Shown: piece by piece, positions 12,050 through 23,405 of the stretch
How positions within the stretch are numbered: position 1 is the stretch's first letter
How the letters are laid out: every line of letters starts with the position of its first letter
Assembly: GCA_032718475.1 (NCBI GenBank)
Contig: JAUCBJ010004251.1
Coordinates: forward strand, 1-37,070
DNA from: Nemertoderma westbladi
Lineage: Eukaryota; Animalia; Xenacoelomorpha
DNA length: 37,070 nt
Direction: 5' to 3'
Program-made: the position numbers and the translations under genes
Notes under the pieces: generated by a model
What the model saw: only the letters and a program-made list of their open reading frames with translations
The model's database searches: none
Told to the model about the DNA's origin: nothing

Positions 12050-12235
12050 TTGCTCGATACATGGCGAGATCGCGAACCCGATCGCTTAAGCTCATCGATA
12101 TCAATAATTATATGCAACCGAGCCCGGAGGAGTAACTGAGGTTTCCCAAAGGTTTCTCTGAGTAACTCAATGGCTTCCTCATAGTCTTCGTTGGTTAGAT
12201 GGAAGTTTGCTATTAGTTTGGCAACATCTAAAGAA
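12050..12235 (-). pseudogene. BEL/Pao LTR-retrotransposon gag (DUF1759-like) relic
   Basis: Manual translation DVAKLIANFHLTNEDYEEAIELLRETFGKPQLLLRARLHII fits the Pao gag pattern I-x-x-L-x-LT-x-x-Y-x-x-A-x-x-LL-x-x-x-FG-x-P. Confidence 0.65.
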
Positions 12236-13126
12236 GAATTTTATTTTGATAATTTCATAGCCCCAGCAATCTCTGTACCTAAATAAACGGCGTCATTCCA
12301 TCGATTCCCTAATAGCTAGCAGCTTCAGCATGGGAAGTTCTTGCGGTTTCATACCAGCACCGATACCAATATGGGAATTCGAATTTGCTGGGTTGTGGGT
12401 TAACGTTGCCTGGAAGTGACTCAGTGTCTACAGTACTAACAGTTCGGCTCATCGAATAGCCGAATAGATACGCAAATCTTCTTTGGAAGATGCATCGATC
12501 TTGATAATTACACCATATCCTCATCATGGGGATCCATGATACTGTGATCGAAATGACAGCAACAATTGCCAAGTAGTAGAGTCCAAAGTGTGTCTGTGAA
12601 TTTATCTTTCGCGAGGGCTTATTTGAAATTCAACTGCAATTATTTGAATTATAGCTCCTATCTATTTTTTTGCTATGAATGCAATCGAACACTGAAAGTG
12701 CGAATTTTCACCCTAACAGTGAATGTATAGCTTTTAACTCTACTTTAACCTTTTCGATAAATTTCAGTACCTTTTGTTAGCTTTTGGTAATTGTCCACTT
12801 TCAGTACTATCCGTTTTCACATTACTATTTCTAGAAAAGATTTTATGAATAATACTACTACTACTACTAGGTCGAGCGAACTCGGACATTGAAAGTGAGA
12901 ACTTAGTCTTTAGGTGCCTGGTGTTACGGTATATGGCGCTGTACACATTATTAGCCATTGTACGGTATAATATATTGATTCATTATGCAGTATAATATAT
13001 TAGTCCGTTATACTGTACGCAATATTAGTCCGTTATGCAGTATAATATTTTAGATAAGATGTGATGGCGAGGTGATATTTAGATAAGGAAATTAAAACGC
13101 CCATATATTTTTGAACTCATCCATTT

Positions 13127-15070
13127 TGTATAGTATGTAGCCCTACCTACGTAATTTTGTATTAGGATATAAGTAGATAGTTCCAGGGTAGCAAGTTCAG
13201 TTGGACCCTGGATATGTGCTTGCTGTTATTAGCTTCGATAGGGCCAGCATCTAGGGACGCAATCCTAACCATTCAGCAGCCAGGGACACGATCCATTACC
13301 ATATATGGTAATAATTCGCGGTTTGGAAGCCCTGAGGTTCACAATCCGGCTTTCTTATTGGACTAACTGTTTCCAGGTTGGTCTAATGCTAGCGCGGACT
13401 GGAGAGCCAATAGGAGAGCGATTGCATCACCCTTATTGCATCATCCTTCTCGGATCACCTATAAATTGGCGGTTTGCCGGTAGAGCTGTACAATTCAATC
13501 CTACTCCTCTACAACACCAAGCCCATCTCATTATTCTGTGTTAAGTTTAGGAGTACAATTTGTGCGTATTTTCTGCATTTTCTACCTTTTGATCAATTTT
13601 CTTGGAATGATTCGTTAGTGTTATTATTCTTAACTGTGTTTCTCAATCAATCCTATTGATTACTGCTAATTACAACCGGAACTATGATTTCTACCTCTTT
13701 CGTTAATGGTTCTATGTAATTCATTTCGACGCAATAATCCTACGGGATTTCTGAGACTGTCAGACTTGTGATTTGCATGCGCCGCTACGGTAGCTATTCA
13801 ATAATGGAGGGCTAAGGTGCCAGTAGGCGGTGGGCGCATCGGGGGGTTAGCGACGAAGGGGGCTTCAAAGGCGGGCAACGCTGGCGGGGGGTCAACGTTG
13901 TGGTCGGGCAATTTGAACTGTAGGTAGAGACCGCTCGCTGGTACGGTAACTAGGGGGCTGATGATCCAGGTTTTGCCTCTATTTAGTATTAGGGGGACAG
14001 GAATTGGGTTAGTTAGGAAGCCTAGATGTACCCGGGAGGGGCCTGCATACCCTACAGTAAATTGCGAATTAGTAAATTGCGAATTAGTAAATTGCGAATT
14101 AGTCAATTGCGAATTATTATGTTGCGAATTATATAATTGCGGATTGTATAATTGCAAGTTGTACTATTGTGATCTGTGATTGCTGACGCTGATTGGTGTG
14201 TTACTGAAGTGTGCCTATGATTACGAATGCTTAGGTAGGCGCCCCTTTCTCTTTGATTGATTTCTATTTCTTAGTTACAACAAATAATTACTGATTAGGT
14301 CAAAGTAATACGGCATTTTAGGCTATTACTAGCGAAACCTGTTGTGTGATAAATTAGAATTACGCATTCTGGAACTCTTAGTAATTAGTGCGCTGTTACA
14401 TATTTGTGACTGTAATTGATTAGTAAAATTAAGAATTAGTACGCAGCATACCGGAGAGTAGCTAAGGTAATAATTTAGAGTACCGTAAACTATTCACGCT
14501 GAGCGGTTATTTGCATTAGCGGGCAATAAGCTAGATCGCAGTAGTCAGTACGCAAGACACTAGTAGATTGCTGGCCTAAAGCCAGCTGCAGGCAAGTTTA
14601 GACCCAGAGCGGTATTACCTACGAAAGACAGTGTACTGTACCAATTTTTTGATTATTTTAAATATTCTCGCATTCACACATTCCGTTAGGGAATCCCCAG
14701 TATTCGCGATTAGAAAAGACGTAGGCAATAGCGTGCTTTAATAGTGGTAAAATTAGGTGTAAGAATACTCTGAGTGCAAAGCCTCTCGCACTCGTCTTAA
14801 GTAAGCTTAGGGAGCCGACTCGGGTTTATTGTTTTGGTTATTCCCGTGTGGCTCATAGATTCGAACAGTTAGCTCTCTATCGAGCGATCGGTAGAGAAAG
14901 GAACAAGCGATTTTGCAGGAGCTGTGTAAATTTAGTAAAATATATTAGCGGACGGCAGATTAGCGCCATCCAACGGTAAGTAGCGGTTTTGTATTTAGCA
15001 GCCTTTACATTTTAGTAATAGCACGCTCCTGATCGCCTTTACTTAACAGTAGCGCAGTCTTTGTGTCTCA
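13127..15070 (+). mobile_element. Possible LTR-like or other repeat-derived segment
   Basis: Composition shift relative to flanks; AGCCAATAG (about 13405) and CTATAAAT (about 13459) in promoter-like spacing; GC-rich block 13810-13960; no recognisable protein, no clear PBS or TSD; ends uncertain. Confidence 0.3.
14056..14170. repeat. 15-bp tandem repeat AGTAAATTGCGAATT, about 7-8 copies, decaying 3'
   Basis: Directly visible; explains the VNCEL / TNSQF ORFs. Confidence 0.9.
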
Positions 15071-15099
15071 TTGGTTAGGCGAGAATTCATTAGGTTGGC

Positions 15100-15640
15100 A
15101 GAGAAGTATACGGGTATTTGTCTGTTCAACAGTTCTGCTGTTAGTATAGGGGTCGCGGTTGTTTATCACCTGGCGAGATCTGATTTCCAGATGATATCCA
15201 TTTTTGATAGTGCTACACATGCGTTTACTTTCCTGACTTCCATGTCTTATTTTGCTATTCTCTATCCTTGATCCAATGTACTGGAAGTCGTAAAACTTCC
15301 ATAGTTGATTATTATCAATTGTTGTAAAGTTTCCATCAACATTAAAAGACATGAATTCTGGTAGCATTTAGATGCAATCTAACCTCCTGAGCAGCCCCCT
15401 CCACTTCATTCAGTAGAAGCCATGCATCTGCTAGCATATTAGAGAGCAGGGCGATGTCATCCGCAAAGTCGGTGTCTGTGACTGGTAGTTACTGGATTTT
15501 TACTGTACTGCTGCGTTCTTATAGTGTGAATCCAAAATCTTCACCCTTTTATGGCCGTCCTCATTGCGTAATCCAGTTACAAATAGTATTGGTGCCAATC
15601 ACGTTGAATGCAGTACGCCAGCCAGGATTGAGAATAATAA
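15100..15640 (-). pseudogene. Decayed RTE-clade LINE RT fragment
   Basis: Minus strand: ILAGVL..LAPILFV, VTDTDFADDIALLSN (about 15440-15485), DFQYIGSRI, LSKMDIIWKSDL; multiple stops and frameshifts. Confidence 0.8.
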
Positions 15641-15667
15641 TATGGGACCATAAATTAATTGTTTCAG

Positions 15668-15805
15668 CTCTGAATGTTTGTGATACCGCTGAAAATAATT
15701 GTGATGACTCAACTACAACCTGCAGTCAGGACAATAATAACACTGGCTCGTTTTCATGCCCATGTCGTCCAGGACACAGAGCACTCAGTACGACTATGTG
15801 TGAAG
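15668..15805 (+). CDS. Mucin-like gene, EGF-like domain exon 1
   Basis: gtttcag|CT...GAAG|gtcagt; 138 nt, phase 1-1; LNVCDTAENNCDDSTTTCSQDNNNTGSFSCPCRPGHRALSTTMCE has six Cys in EGF spacing. Phase is compatible with microexon 15; linkage across the 9-kb intron is inferred. Confidence 0.85.
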
Positions 15806-16402
15806 GTCAGTATATCTCTGTAAAATGATTTGATTTTAAAGGATTATTACTAATGAGAAGTAAATATCATAAAATAATCAGAATGTTAACATTATCAAAA
15901 AGACAAGGGCCACGAGTACCCTACACATTAATGACAAAAGAATATGATGCACATCACATGACTTCAACTATTATATTATTTACACTTGTAGGCACAACCA
16001 AATCAAAAGATTATATTATAAATCATCAAATTGGTACGGTTTAAATATTATTGGTTGTTATAAATAGATGAGGAAGGAAGTTGAGGTAACCTGCATCAAA
16101 TCCTACCCATAAGTATATGCATTTTTCTCTATTTCTGAGAAGGAACCTCTCAGAAAGGGAGATGTCCCTCTGTTAGTGGTGGAGATTGAACAGCCATATT
16201 TTTTAAATAAATACTAATATTATTATTTAACACATTAGCAGGGTAAAACATAATTATAATTGAAGAAACATAATAAGAATATCTATAGATTGTGCGGTAA
16301 ATATACAGTTGCCTACGCTTTATAGAGTATAGTATAGTATATAATAATAATTGTCAAATTGGAATCATGTATTCATATTATTTTACCTTTTACTGTTTGT
16401 AG

Positions 16403-16534
16403 ATATTGATGAATGTACAGAAAAACAAAATGATTGCAACCCGACCAGCAAGGATTGCCGCAATACCGCCGGTGGATTCGAGTGCATATGCAAGCCAGGA
16501 TACAGTAATCGAAATGACAGCAACAACTGCCAAA
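16403..16534 (+). CDS. Mucin-like gene, calcium-binding EGF exon 2
   Basis: tttgtag|AT...CAAA|gtaata; 132 nt, phase 1-1; DIDECTEKQNDCNPTSKDCRNTAGGFECICKPGYSNRNDSNNCQ has the DIDEC start and the C-x-N-x4-F-x-C-x-C hydroxylation consensus of cbEGF. Confidence 0.9.
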
Positions 16535-16739
16535 GTAATATAAAATACATATACATATTAATAATGATTAACATCAGCATATAAAAATGTCTGCTGATTG
16601 CTGCTTAACCGAGATTACATATAATATCACTTACAGTATGTATTAATTAAAAACCATTCAGCAGTTTTTTTTTTCAATAATAATTCAAATTCTAATTATC
16701 TTGTTGAGCTACATAATCTAACCCTATATTTATTCACAG

Positions 16740-17530
16740 GTGAAGTCACTACCAACACTAGAACAATTTATAAAGGAGATTGTAAAAAGTTTAAGAATAA
16801 TGATACTAAATTAGCTAAGTTTAAGCAGATACACACAAGCCACATAAAACAGGCATTGGATTTGGAAAATGTTGAAGTTATTGTCACGAATTTCACATGT
16901 GGTTCTATTGTTCTAGACACGGAAATTAGGCTCCTTGGTAGTGTTTTTACACTTAAAGAATGGAATGAGATAGTTGAAAACAGTACCAGTACAGGGCAAA
17001 GAGATATTGTTATCGATGGCGAGACCTACTCCTACTCAGGATCAATATTTCAAATATCGATAACCTTAAATTTAACCTACTCACCCTGTGTTCCTGAACC
17101 TGTTATCGTGAGAGCATTGTATGATCGCTTTTATAGTACGATTGGATCCATGGTGATTGGCTTTGAATCGGACCAAGAGTGCCATACTTTTGAAAAAACG
17201 TATGGGAAATCAAGGATAACGATTCTAATATACGACACAAAGTTGGAAATGTTGCTGCAAGGCATGGAGGAAGGTTTTACAACATTTATTGATGGCCAAC
17301 AATTTGATTTGACATCATATTCACTCGCTCAGACAGTTGATGAAATGATACGCAATGCAACTGCTTCACCTATGCCAGACACTTCAACCACATCAGCTGC
17401 TACAACGAACGAGGTTACTGATGGATCATCCACAACAACACAGGAATCAACCACAGATGGGGCTGCATGCGTTGTCCATCTTGCTTACTATTTGAAGATC
17501 TTCATCGCCTCTCTTCTATGGCTCTTTTGA
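16740..17530 (+). CDS. Mucin-like gene, terminal exon: SEA-like domain, S/T stalk, probable GPI-anchor signal
   Basis: tattcacag|GT, phase 1, in frame with ORF 16856-17530. VIVTNFTCGSIVLD resembles the SEA G-S-V/I-V motif; S/T-rich stalk; ends DGAA + hydrophobic VVHLAYYLKIFIASLLWLF-stop with no cytoplasmic tail. Confidence 0.8.
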
Positions 17531-17878
17531 TACTAAATATCAAGAACTTTACTGAGCTACTGTTTGATAACTAACCATGACTAATGAGTTTGCTTGGTCC
17601 ATAAAGATACAATTGTATGGAGGTGGAGGTATATTTGGTTATGGGTTCAGAGCATACGCTGCTAAATTATTATAGGATGCCATATTTCAAAATATATTTT
17701 ATTTTGAATGAATACAACATCAATTAAGAAAGGCAAAAATTAATATCATAATAATAAGCTCGAGATATGTGTTATAATATCTGAAACCACAAACTCCAAC
17801 ATAAAAGATATCACTTTAAGGCTACGTTAATAGAGATATTTATCGCTCGCAACCTGATATAACTTATTTTACAAGTAA

Positions 17879-18571
17879 GGTTATATTGAAAAATATCGAG
17901 AGTAAAATAACGCGAGTAAAAATATCGAGTGTTGAAAAATATCGAGAGAAAAAATATCGAGTGTTGAAAAATATAGAGTGTTGAAAAATATCGACTGTAA
18001 AAATATCGAGCGTTGACAAATATCGTGTTTTGAAATATATCGAGGGTAAGAATATCGAGATTAACAATTTTTTAATAAATGTTGTATGATAATTTTTTTC
18101 CTAAAAATGTTCTAGAACAAAAAGTGATCTAGAGCAAAAATATTTATCAACATTGGTAGCTAGCACATCTTCTATAATATTTATTAAAAAAATAGCAAAA
18201 ACTAGCTAGAATAATGAATTTGGTAAATGGTTACCCAAGATGTATTAATGCCATTTATTTGCACTTGCACTGTTGTAACCCATGCACTGCAATATATTGT
18301 GCCATAATTCTAAATAAAATACTCACAGAAAATGCAATATTCTTCAACAATCGATATTTTTCAACACTCGTTATTTTTACTCTCGATATTTTTCAACTCT
18401 CGATGTTTTTACTCCCGATATTTTTCAACACTCGATATTTTTCAACACTCTATATTTTTACTCTCGATATTTTTCAACACTCTATATTTTTCAACACTCG
18501 ATATTTTTCATCTCGCGTTATTTTTACTCTCGATATTTTTTAATCACGATAATTTTCAACACGATATTTTT
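17879..18571. mobile_element. Foldback/MULE-like element with arms of 16-17-bp subrepeats (AAAAATATCGAGTGTTG)
   Basis: Subrepeats at 17885-18065 face their reverse complements at 18345-18570; the right arm is interrupted by the next element and may finish at about 19604-19622. Confidence 0.7.
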
Positions 18572-19603
18572 GGAAGCAGGACAATTCGGTCCCGGACAAT
18601 TCGGTCCGGACAATTCGGTCCCGGACAATTCGGTCCCGGACAATTCGGTCCCATTAATTTTGTGTATTGTGACGTGTATTGTGACGTGTGTGTGTATGGG
18701 ACCGAATTCTCCGGGACCGAATTGTCCGGGACCAAATTTAATTGGTACTGTACTATATAATGGTGAATGTTCTAGAACCTTAATATATATTATTATATGG
18801 TAGCTAGTGTTTTTTTTGCTAGCTAGTATTTTTTTTTTAAATAAAAAAAATTTACTTTTTTTTATTAACATTATTATTTATGGTAGCTATGGTGTTTTTA
18901 TGGAGCTTGTGAATTATTTACTAGCTAGTAATAGTATGTATTTAAAATGTTTAAAACTGTATTTTTTATATATTGCGTATGTATACTGTATGTGTTGTTG
19001 GTTAGTTAACAAGCCTAAATTATTATCCTAGATAATAGCTGGATCTCATTCAGGGACTGTTATAATATCATCAATATTGTTGGTAATGAATATAATCAGC
19101 AACAGTTTAGGCCTAATTCTGAAATATCATAGTTTTCACAGGTTTTTATAATTTCAAGGAAATGCTAGCTAGTAAAAAAAAAACTAGCTACACCTTAATA
19201 AATAATATATAATAATGTTCTCGGACACTACCAATAACAAAAATAAAAAAAAATACAGTATTTTTAAAATTTCAAAAAATTCTAGCAAGTAAATAACACT
19301 AGCTACCATAACAAATATCTCTACTAATGTTCTAGAACATTCACCAATATCAAAAAAGCACTAAAACGTTGCTATCAGGAACTGGACAATTCGGTCCCGG
19401 ACAATTCGGTCCCGGACAATTCGGTCCCGGACAATTCGGTCCCGGACAATTCGGTCCCGGACAATTCGGTCCCGGACAATTCGGTCCCGGACAATTCGGT
19501 CCTAGGACAATTCGGTCCTAGGACAATTCGGTCCCGGACAATTCGGTCCCATTTATTTAGTGTTTTGGGACCGAATTGTCCGGGACCGAATTGTCCTACA
19601 TCC
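18572..19603. mobile_element. Mutator-like non-autonomous element with 15-bp GGACAATTCGGTCCC subrepeats
   Basis: TIR GGAAGCAGGACAATTCGG / CCGAATTGTCCTACATCC; 9-bp TSD GATATTTTT (18563-18571) / GATAGTTTT (19604-19612); subrepeat blocks at 18579-18652, 18698-18738 (inverted), 19385-19550, 19567-19597 (inverted). Confidence 0.8.
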
Positions 19604-19624
19604 GATAGTTTTCCCCATTACCAA

Positions 19625-21325
19625 TTTAACTGGTATGAACGTATATACACGATACAGGTTGTTATGACGGACAAACCAACAGACAGACAGATTTTCCAAC
19701 AGACAGACAGACAATAAAACCTTTGGACAGAATTTTGAGATATATGTTAGCACAGCGAGTTTAGTCACCGAATAGCCCGATGGTAGATGTGGCGGCTGTT
19801 CCCATCACTGATGCAGCGTTGTGGCGGCTGTTCCCATCACTGATGCAGCGATGTGGCGGCTGTTCCCATCACTTATGCAGCGTTGTGGCGGCTGTTCCCA
19901 TCACTGGTGCAGCGATGTGGCGGCTGTTCCCATCACTGATGCCGCGATGTGGCGGCTGTTCCCATCACTGATGCAGCGATGTGGCGGCTGTTCCCATCAC
20001 TGATGCAGCGATGTGGCGGCTGTTCCCATCACTGATGCAGCGATGTGGCGGCTGTTCCCATCACTGGTGCAGCGATGTGGCGGCTGTTCCCATCACTGGT
20101 GCAGCGATGTGGCGGCTGTTCCCATCACTGATGCAGCGATGTGGCGGCTGTTCCCATCACTTATGCAGCGTTGTGGCGGCTGTTCCCATCACTGGTGCAG
20201 CGATGTGGCGGCTGTTCCCATCACTGATGCCGCGATGTGGCGGCTGGTCCCATCACTGATGCAGCGATGTGGCGGCTGTTCCCATCACTGATGCAGCGAT
20301 GTGGCGGCTGTTCCCATCAATGATGCAGCGATGTGGCGGCTGTTCCCATCACTGGTGCAGCGATGTGGCGGCTGTTCCCATCACTGATGCAGCGATGTGG
20401 CGGCTGTTCCCATCACTGATGCAGCGATGTGGCGGCTGTTCCCATCACTTATGCAGCGTTGTGGCGGCTGTTCCCATCACTGGTGCAGCGATGTGGCGGC
20501 TGTTCCCATCACTGATGCCGCGATGTGGCGGCTGGTCCCATCACTGATGCAGCGATGTGGCGGCTGTTCCCATCACTGATGCAGCGATGTGGCGGCTGTT
20601 CCCATCACTGATGCAGCGATGTGGCGGCTGTTCCCATCACTGATGCAGCGATGTGGCGGCTGTTCCCATCACTGATGCAGCGATGTGGCGGCTGTTCCCA
20701 TCACTGATGCAGCGATGTGGCGGCTGTTCCCATCAATGATGCAGCGATGTGGCGGCTGTTCCCATCACTGGTGCAGCGATGTGGCGGCTGTTCCCATCAC
20801 TGATGCAGCGATGTGGCGGCTGTTCCCATCACTGATGCAGCGATGTGGCGGCTGTTCCCATCACTGATGCAGCGATGTGGCGGCTGTTCCCATCACTGAT
20901 GCAGCGATGTGGCGGCTGTTCCCATCACTGGTGCAGCGATGTGGCGGCTGTTCCCATCACTGATACAGCGATGTGGCGGCTGTTCCCATCACTGATGCAG
21001 CGTTGTGGCGGCTGTTCCCATCACTGATGCAGCGATGTGGCGGCTGTTCCCATCACTGATGCAGCGTTGTGGCGGCTGTTCCCATCACTGATGCAGCGAT
21101 GTGGCGGCTGTTCCCATCACTGATGCAGCGATGTGGCGGCTGTTCCCATCACTGATGCAGCGATGTGGCGGCTGTTCCCATCACTGATGCAGCGTTGTGG
21201 CGGCTGTTCCCATCACTGATGCAGCGTTGGCGATCAAAATTGCCATCTCGAGGCGTTGCAGCAGAAAGTGGTGCGACCGCGGTTCCTTGGTGGCGTTATG
21301 GAGTCGATTGCCGATCTCCCTGTTG
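19625..21325 (-). mobile_element. 3' fragment of a CRE-clade-like non-LTR retrotransposon, split by a satellite
   Basis: Minus strand with the array collapsed reads EIGNRLHNATKEPRSHHFLLQRLEMAILIANAASVMGTAATSTIGLFGD*, matching the recalled CRE C-terminal motif FLxQRLSxAxQRGNAAxVxGT; followed by a 3' UTR-like segment. Confidence 0.7.
19786..21228. repeat. 32-bp tandem satellite, about 45 copies
   Basis: Unit GTGGCGGCTGTTCCCATCACTGATGCAGCGAT, head-to-tail, no spacers; explains all ORFs 19780-21347. Confidence 0.98.
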
Positions 21326-23405
21326 GGTTTTGAAGAAACAACAATAATAAGAAAAACATGAGGAATGACAATAAGAAGTACTGTATATTATAATATATTG
21401 TTTAGTTACTGTAATTCTCAAGATAAATATAATTATATTACATGACAAAAATATATCTTGTATATATCTCATGATGTGCAATATACATAGAAAGCTGAAG
21501 GATCAAACATACCTACTGTAGAAATGCAAACAATAAGTAAATATAATAACGAACCTGCCTATTAATAGGCCACGGTAGTTCTTGTCAAGAGATGAGCCGT
21601 TCAAAAACACGATGTGGTTGCTCTTGGGAAATAATACTTCTGCTAAAAATTTACAGGAATTTACAACACTTCTCTTCACAAATTACTACACTTCACGACT
21701 TGTGCTAACATTAGTTTAAAATGAGATTTTTGGAAACTAGAATCTCTATAACGAATATTATTTTTCGTGAGCAAAAGTATGGTTTGAAAAATAGCGTACG
21801 CCACCTAGCAGATTTACAAAAAATTATGCGTGTGTAGGTGTGTCTGTGTGGTGTTAAGATAAGTTGCACAAGTTTTATGTTAAGATAAATACCCCTGTGT
21901 TTTATGTTAAGAAAAGTATTAAATGTGTTGGATGTTAAGGAAAGTAAATAACATTGTTGGATGTTATGAGAAGTAAATAACTTTGTGTGGTGTCTTAAGA
22001 AATGTAAAACCAAATAAGGTGACGTAGAGTAATACTTTTAAATTACCTACACCTAACATTCTATATAGGTGACTGAAATATTCAAATAAAAATGAAATAT
22101 ATGTGGATTTGTTTCAAAAATTATTTTTATTCCGGTAAAAAAACATTAAAAATCTTCTTTTAATACGTCAACCTTTCTCTTACAATACCTAATATACCTG
22201 TTTTTTGGTAGTATAACCATCAAATATGTAATAACATAAAAGAAACATCCACTTCAGTACACATGACGGAATATAAATTTAATTCCAAAATGCTCACATT
22301 TATTTAGCGATTTTGGTGTAATTATAAAATACCTTACTAACATTATATTAGGTTAATTTAAATATAATTTGCCATTACCTTTACTTCATACGGTAAATAG
22401 TTTCAATAACTGAATGATGCAAATATTTTTTTTAGGCAATGAAAAGCTGTTAAAGAATAGAGTTTTCTAACTCAAATTCTCAGCCTCAGTTCATATTCTG
22501 ACGTCAGTTGGAATTCTAATTTCAGTTCATATTTTACTAAATTTAAGAACGTGAACCATAAATATCACAACATTTATGACAACTAAATGTTGTATATGGA
22601 GTTTCACTTTAGCAGTCGTTTTTTTAAAACTTGTAATATTTAAATAAAAAAATTCCATGGGGCTGATGTTATTTAAAAAAGTGCTGCAAAATACTCTACA
22701 CAGAAGTATGAAAATAGTTACCTGTACATCTTGAAATATTGTGTGTACGATAATATATAATAGTTAGAATGTTATTATTGCTTTCGGTACAGTATAGTCT
22801 ACCATCCATCCGTTGCAATAAACAACAGAGCTGCTTGCCGGCTATCATGCATTATTAGGAGCCCGCTCGACAGCGGGATACTTACTTTAAAAATCTACAG
22901 GATACTTACTGTAAAAATCTCAGGATATATAACACTGACTGACTGACTGACTGATAATTATCTAGGTTCAGGCACTTCCTGCCTGGCGATTTTGATGAAA
23001 TTTTGCAAGAACATTGCTTTGGTGGTTCATAGTCGCGTTACAAAATATCAGATCGATTCTATGTGTGGTATTCTATATATTTAGTTTTTTGACATTATTT
23101 TATCGCGAAATTAAAAGCAATGGTAAAATAACAACTCCTGCCTGAGCTGCAGGCTGCAGCAGCTAGCTGTGGAGTAGGAACGGTGGAGTGCAGGGCTGTC
23201 TGAAATAAAATTCCATCCAGGCGGAATTTCTTGACTTTGACTACACCCCTTCTGCCTGCCTTTGCCTTGTAGGAGCAGCGCTGCTGGCTGAGTCTTCACT
23301 TCCTTATCAGCTCTCAGGTATAGACAGAAAATAGTTGAGTTGTCAATAAACATAATAAAATATACAAATGCAGTAGGATTATATTATTATTCCACGAATC
23401 CTTGG

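Noticed and set aside
12955-13050. ~24-bp degenerate tandem (also ~29-bp repeats at 21845-22010)
   Set aside because: Few copies, AT-rich and no associated structure; treated as ordinary minisatellites.
17864-19031. Short ORFs (STLDIF, GQFGP, TELSG repeats) as proteins
   Set aside because: Translations of transposon arm subrepeats.
19786-21228. 32-bp repeat as a CRISPR array
   Set aside because: Units are contiguous with no unique spacers, there are no cas genes, and the context is eukaryotic.
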